Source: Octopus sinensis (lineage: Eukaryota). From it: DNA of 64,000 nucleotides. Positions 62,791-64,000 of this stretch are shown here, piece by piece. Each line of letters opens with the position of its first letter. The stretch's first letter is position 1. The notes beneath the pieces are model-generated. The model was given only the letters and a program-made list of their open reading frames with translations, did not search any database and was not told where the DNA came from. A program made the position numbers and the translations under genes. Location: positions 86,490,001-86,554,000 of the forward strand of contig NC_043005.1 of the NCBI RefSeq assembly GCF_006345805.1, given 5' to 3'.

Positions 62791-63666
62791 TTAATACAAA
62801 ATGGGACAAGAATGCAAAATATCCAGATAGACGATACGAAGAAAACAGGGACGAGTCATTCGAGTTTTCTTTCCTCAGTCGAGTTCCAGATTATCTTTGC
62901 AATTTCGGCAAGTATATAAGCAAAGTAGCCAGTTGGAAAATTTAAATAAGAGAGCAGTAACTATATTTATCAGTAAAGTTAATCGCCATATCAGCATGGC
63001 TGTTCGATGCTACCACCGTTTTAATCCGAAGCAGACATTCCGCGAACTGGGGATAGATACAAACTACAGCCTTCATATATGGCTAGCAGGGGAAGGAACA
63101 ACTACCATCCATTAGCAGGCGAAGGGATCGCATCACGAGACCAGCTCGGTTCTGGGCTATTTCTGAAATTCTCGAACCACGCGCATATAGCTGTATATAA
63201 CAGCATTTAAATTTGCCATATCCCGTTATTTTATATACATACATATATATATCTACCCACACGCACAATTACACACATACATATCTAAACATATATTTAT
63301 GTGTGTGCGTATATACCGGAGTAAGCATAAAAATGTGAAACAAGGTGGGAAAAAAAGAGTACTCATATACCAAAGGTAGAGTAATATGCTTTATTTAAAA
63401 GCTGCAAAAATATAACAAAACCTGTTACTCAGAGTTTCACTTTCCCGTTCGTCGTATATATATGTCTGTGTGTGTGTGTGTGTGAATGTATTCATACATG
63501 GATGGATCGATAGATAGATAGACATGGGTCGGATAGAGTAACTTGAGGCTGAGTTTTTATGTTCACATACCCTTCCTGTCGTCCAGTCGGCATCACCCAC
63601 AGAGTGCAAGTAAAGTAGTAATATTTCCGCTTTCACAAACGATTCGTAACAAACGCCGCCTTCTAA

Positions 63667-63957
63667 CCTTTCGGGTTCGATTAGATAAGTACCCATAACG
63701 CACTAGAGTCGATATAATCGACTTAATCCGTTTGTCTGTCCTTGTTTGTCCCCTCTGTGTTTAGCCCCCTGTGGGTAGTAAAGAAATAGGTATTTCGTCT
63801 GTCTTTACGTTCTCAGTTCAAATTTCGCCGAGGTTGACTTTGACTTTCATCCTTTCGGGGTCGATAAATTAATTACCAGTTGCGTACTGGGGATTGATTT
63901 AATCGACTATCTCCCTCCCCTCTAAATTTCGGGCCTTGTGCCTAGAGTAGAAAAGAG
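63667..63957 (+). mobile_element. Composite SINE (A tail plus headless B)
   Basis: Junction AAGAAATAGG/TATTTCGTCTG at 63790/63791. Confidence 0.85.
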
Positions 63958-64000
63958 TATTATTATAGTGACTGGTGTTGTTAGTATCAAATGTTAAGTA

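Noticed and set aside
63421-63454. Functional hammerhead on the minus strand
   Set aside because: 5' strand of stem I and start of the core are replaced by (TA)n; truncated

Overview
AT-rich, microsatellite-dense eukaryotic DNA, most likely intronic or intergenic. The SINE/LINE repertoire looks like an octopod cephalopod (inferred from recall of repeat families; needs BLAST). No host protein-coding gene is confidently supported: the long ORFs in the track are artefacts of di-/tri-nucleotide repeats or decayed transposon fragments. The window holds several tRNA-derived SINE families, fossil mariner transposases, fossil LINEs (RTE, CR1/L2-group, R4/Dong-like RLE), Penelope-like element (PLE) remnants and MITEs. 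The main discovery is at 48276-49952: a near-identical tandem array of a 363-bp monomer (about 3.3 copies on +, 1.3 copies on -, joined by a fold-back junction). Each monomer carries a minimal type I hammerhead ribozyme (HHR) with a compensatory U3-A8 core, and the monomer folds back on itself extensively. This matches a non-LTR retrozyme (viroid-like circular RNA retroelement). It lies beside a Penelope endonuclease remnant, all nested in the central microsatellite of a SINE. At least five other HHR-bearing repeat families occur in the window. They include an apparent tRNA-headed SINE with an HHR tail and families with recurrent non-canonical cores (A6U, U4C).
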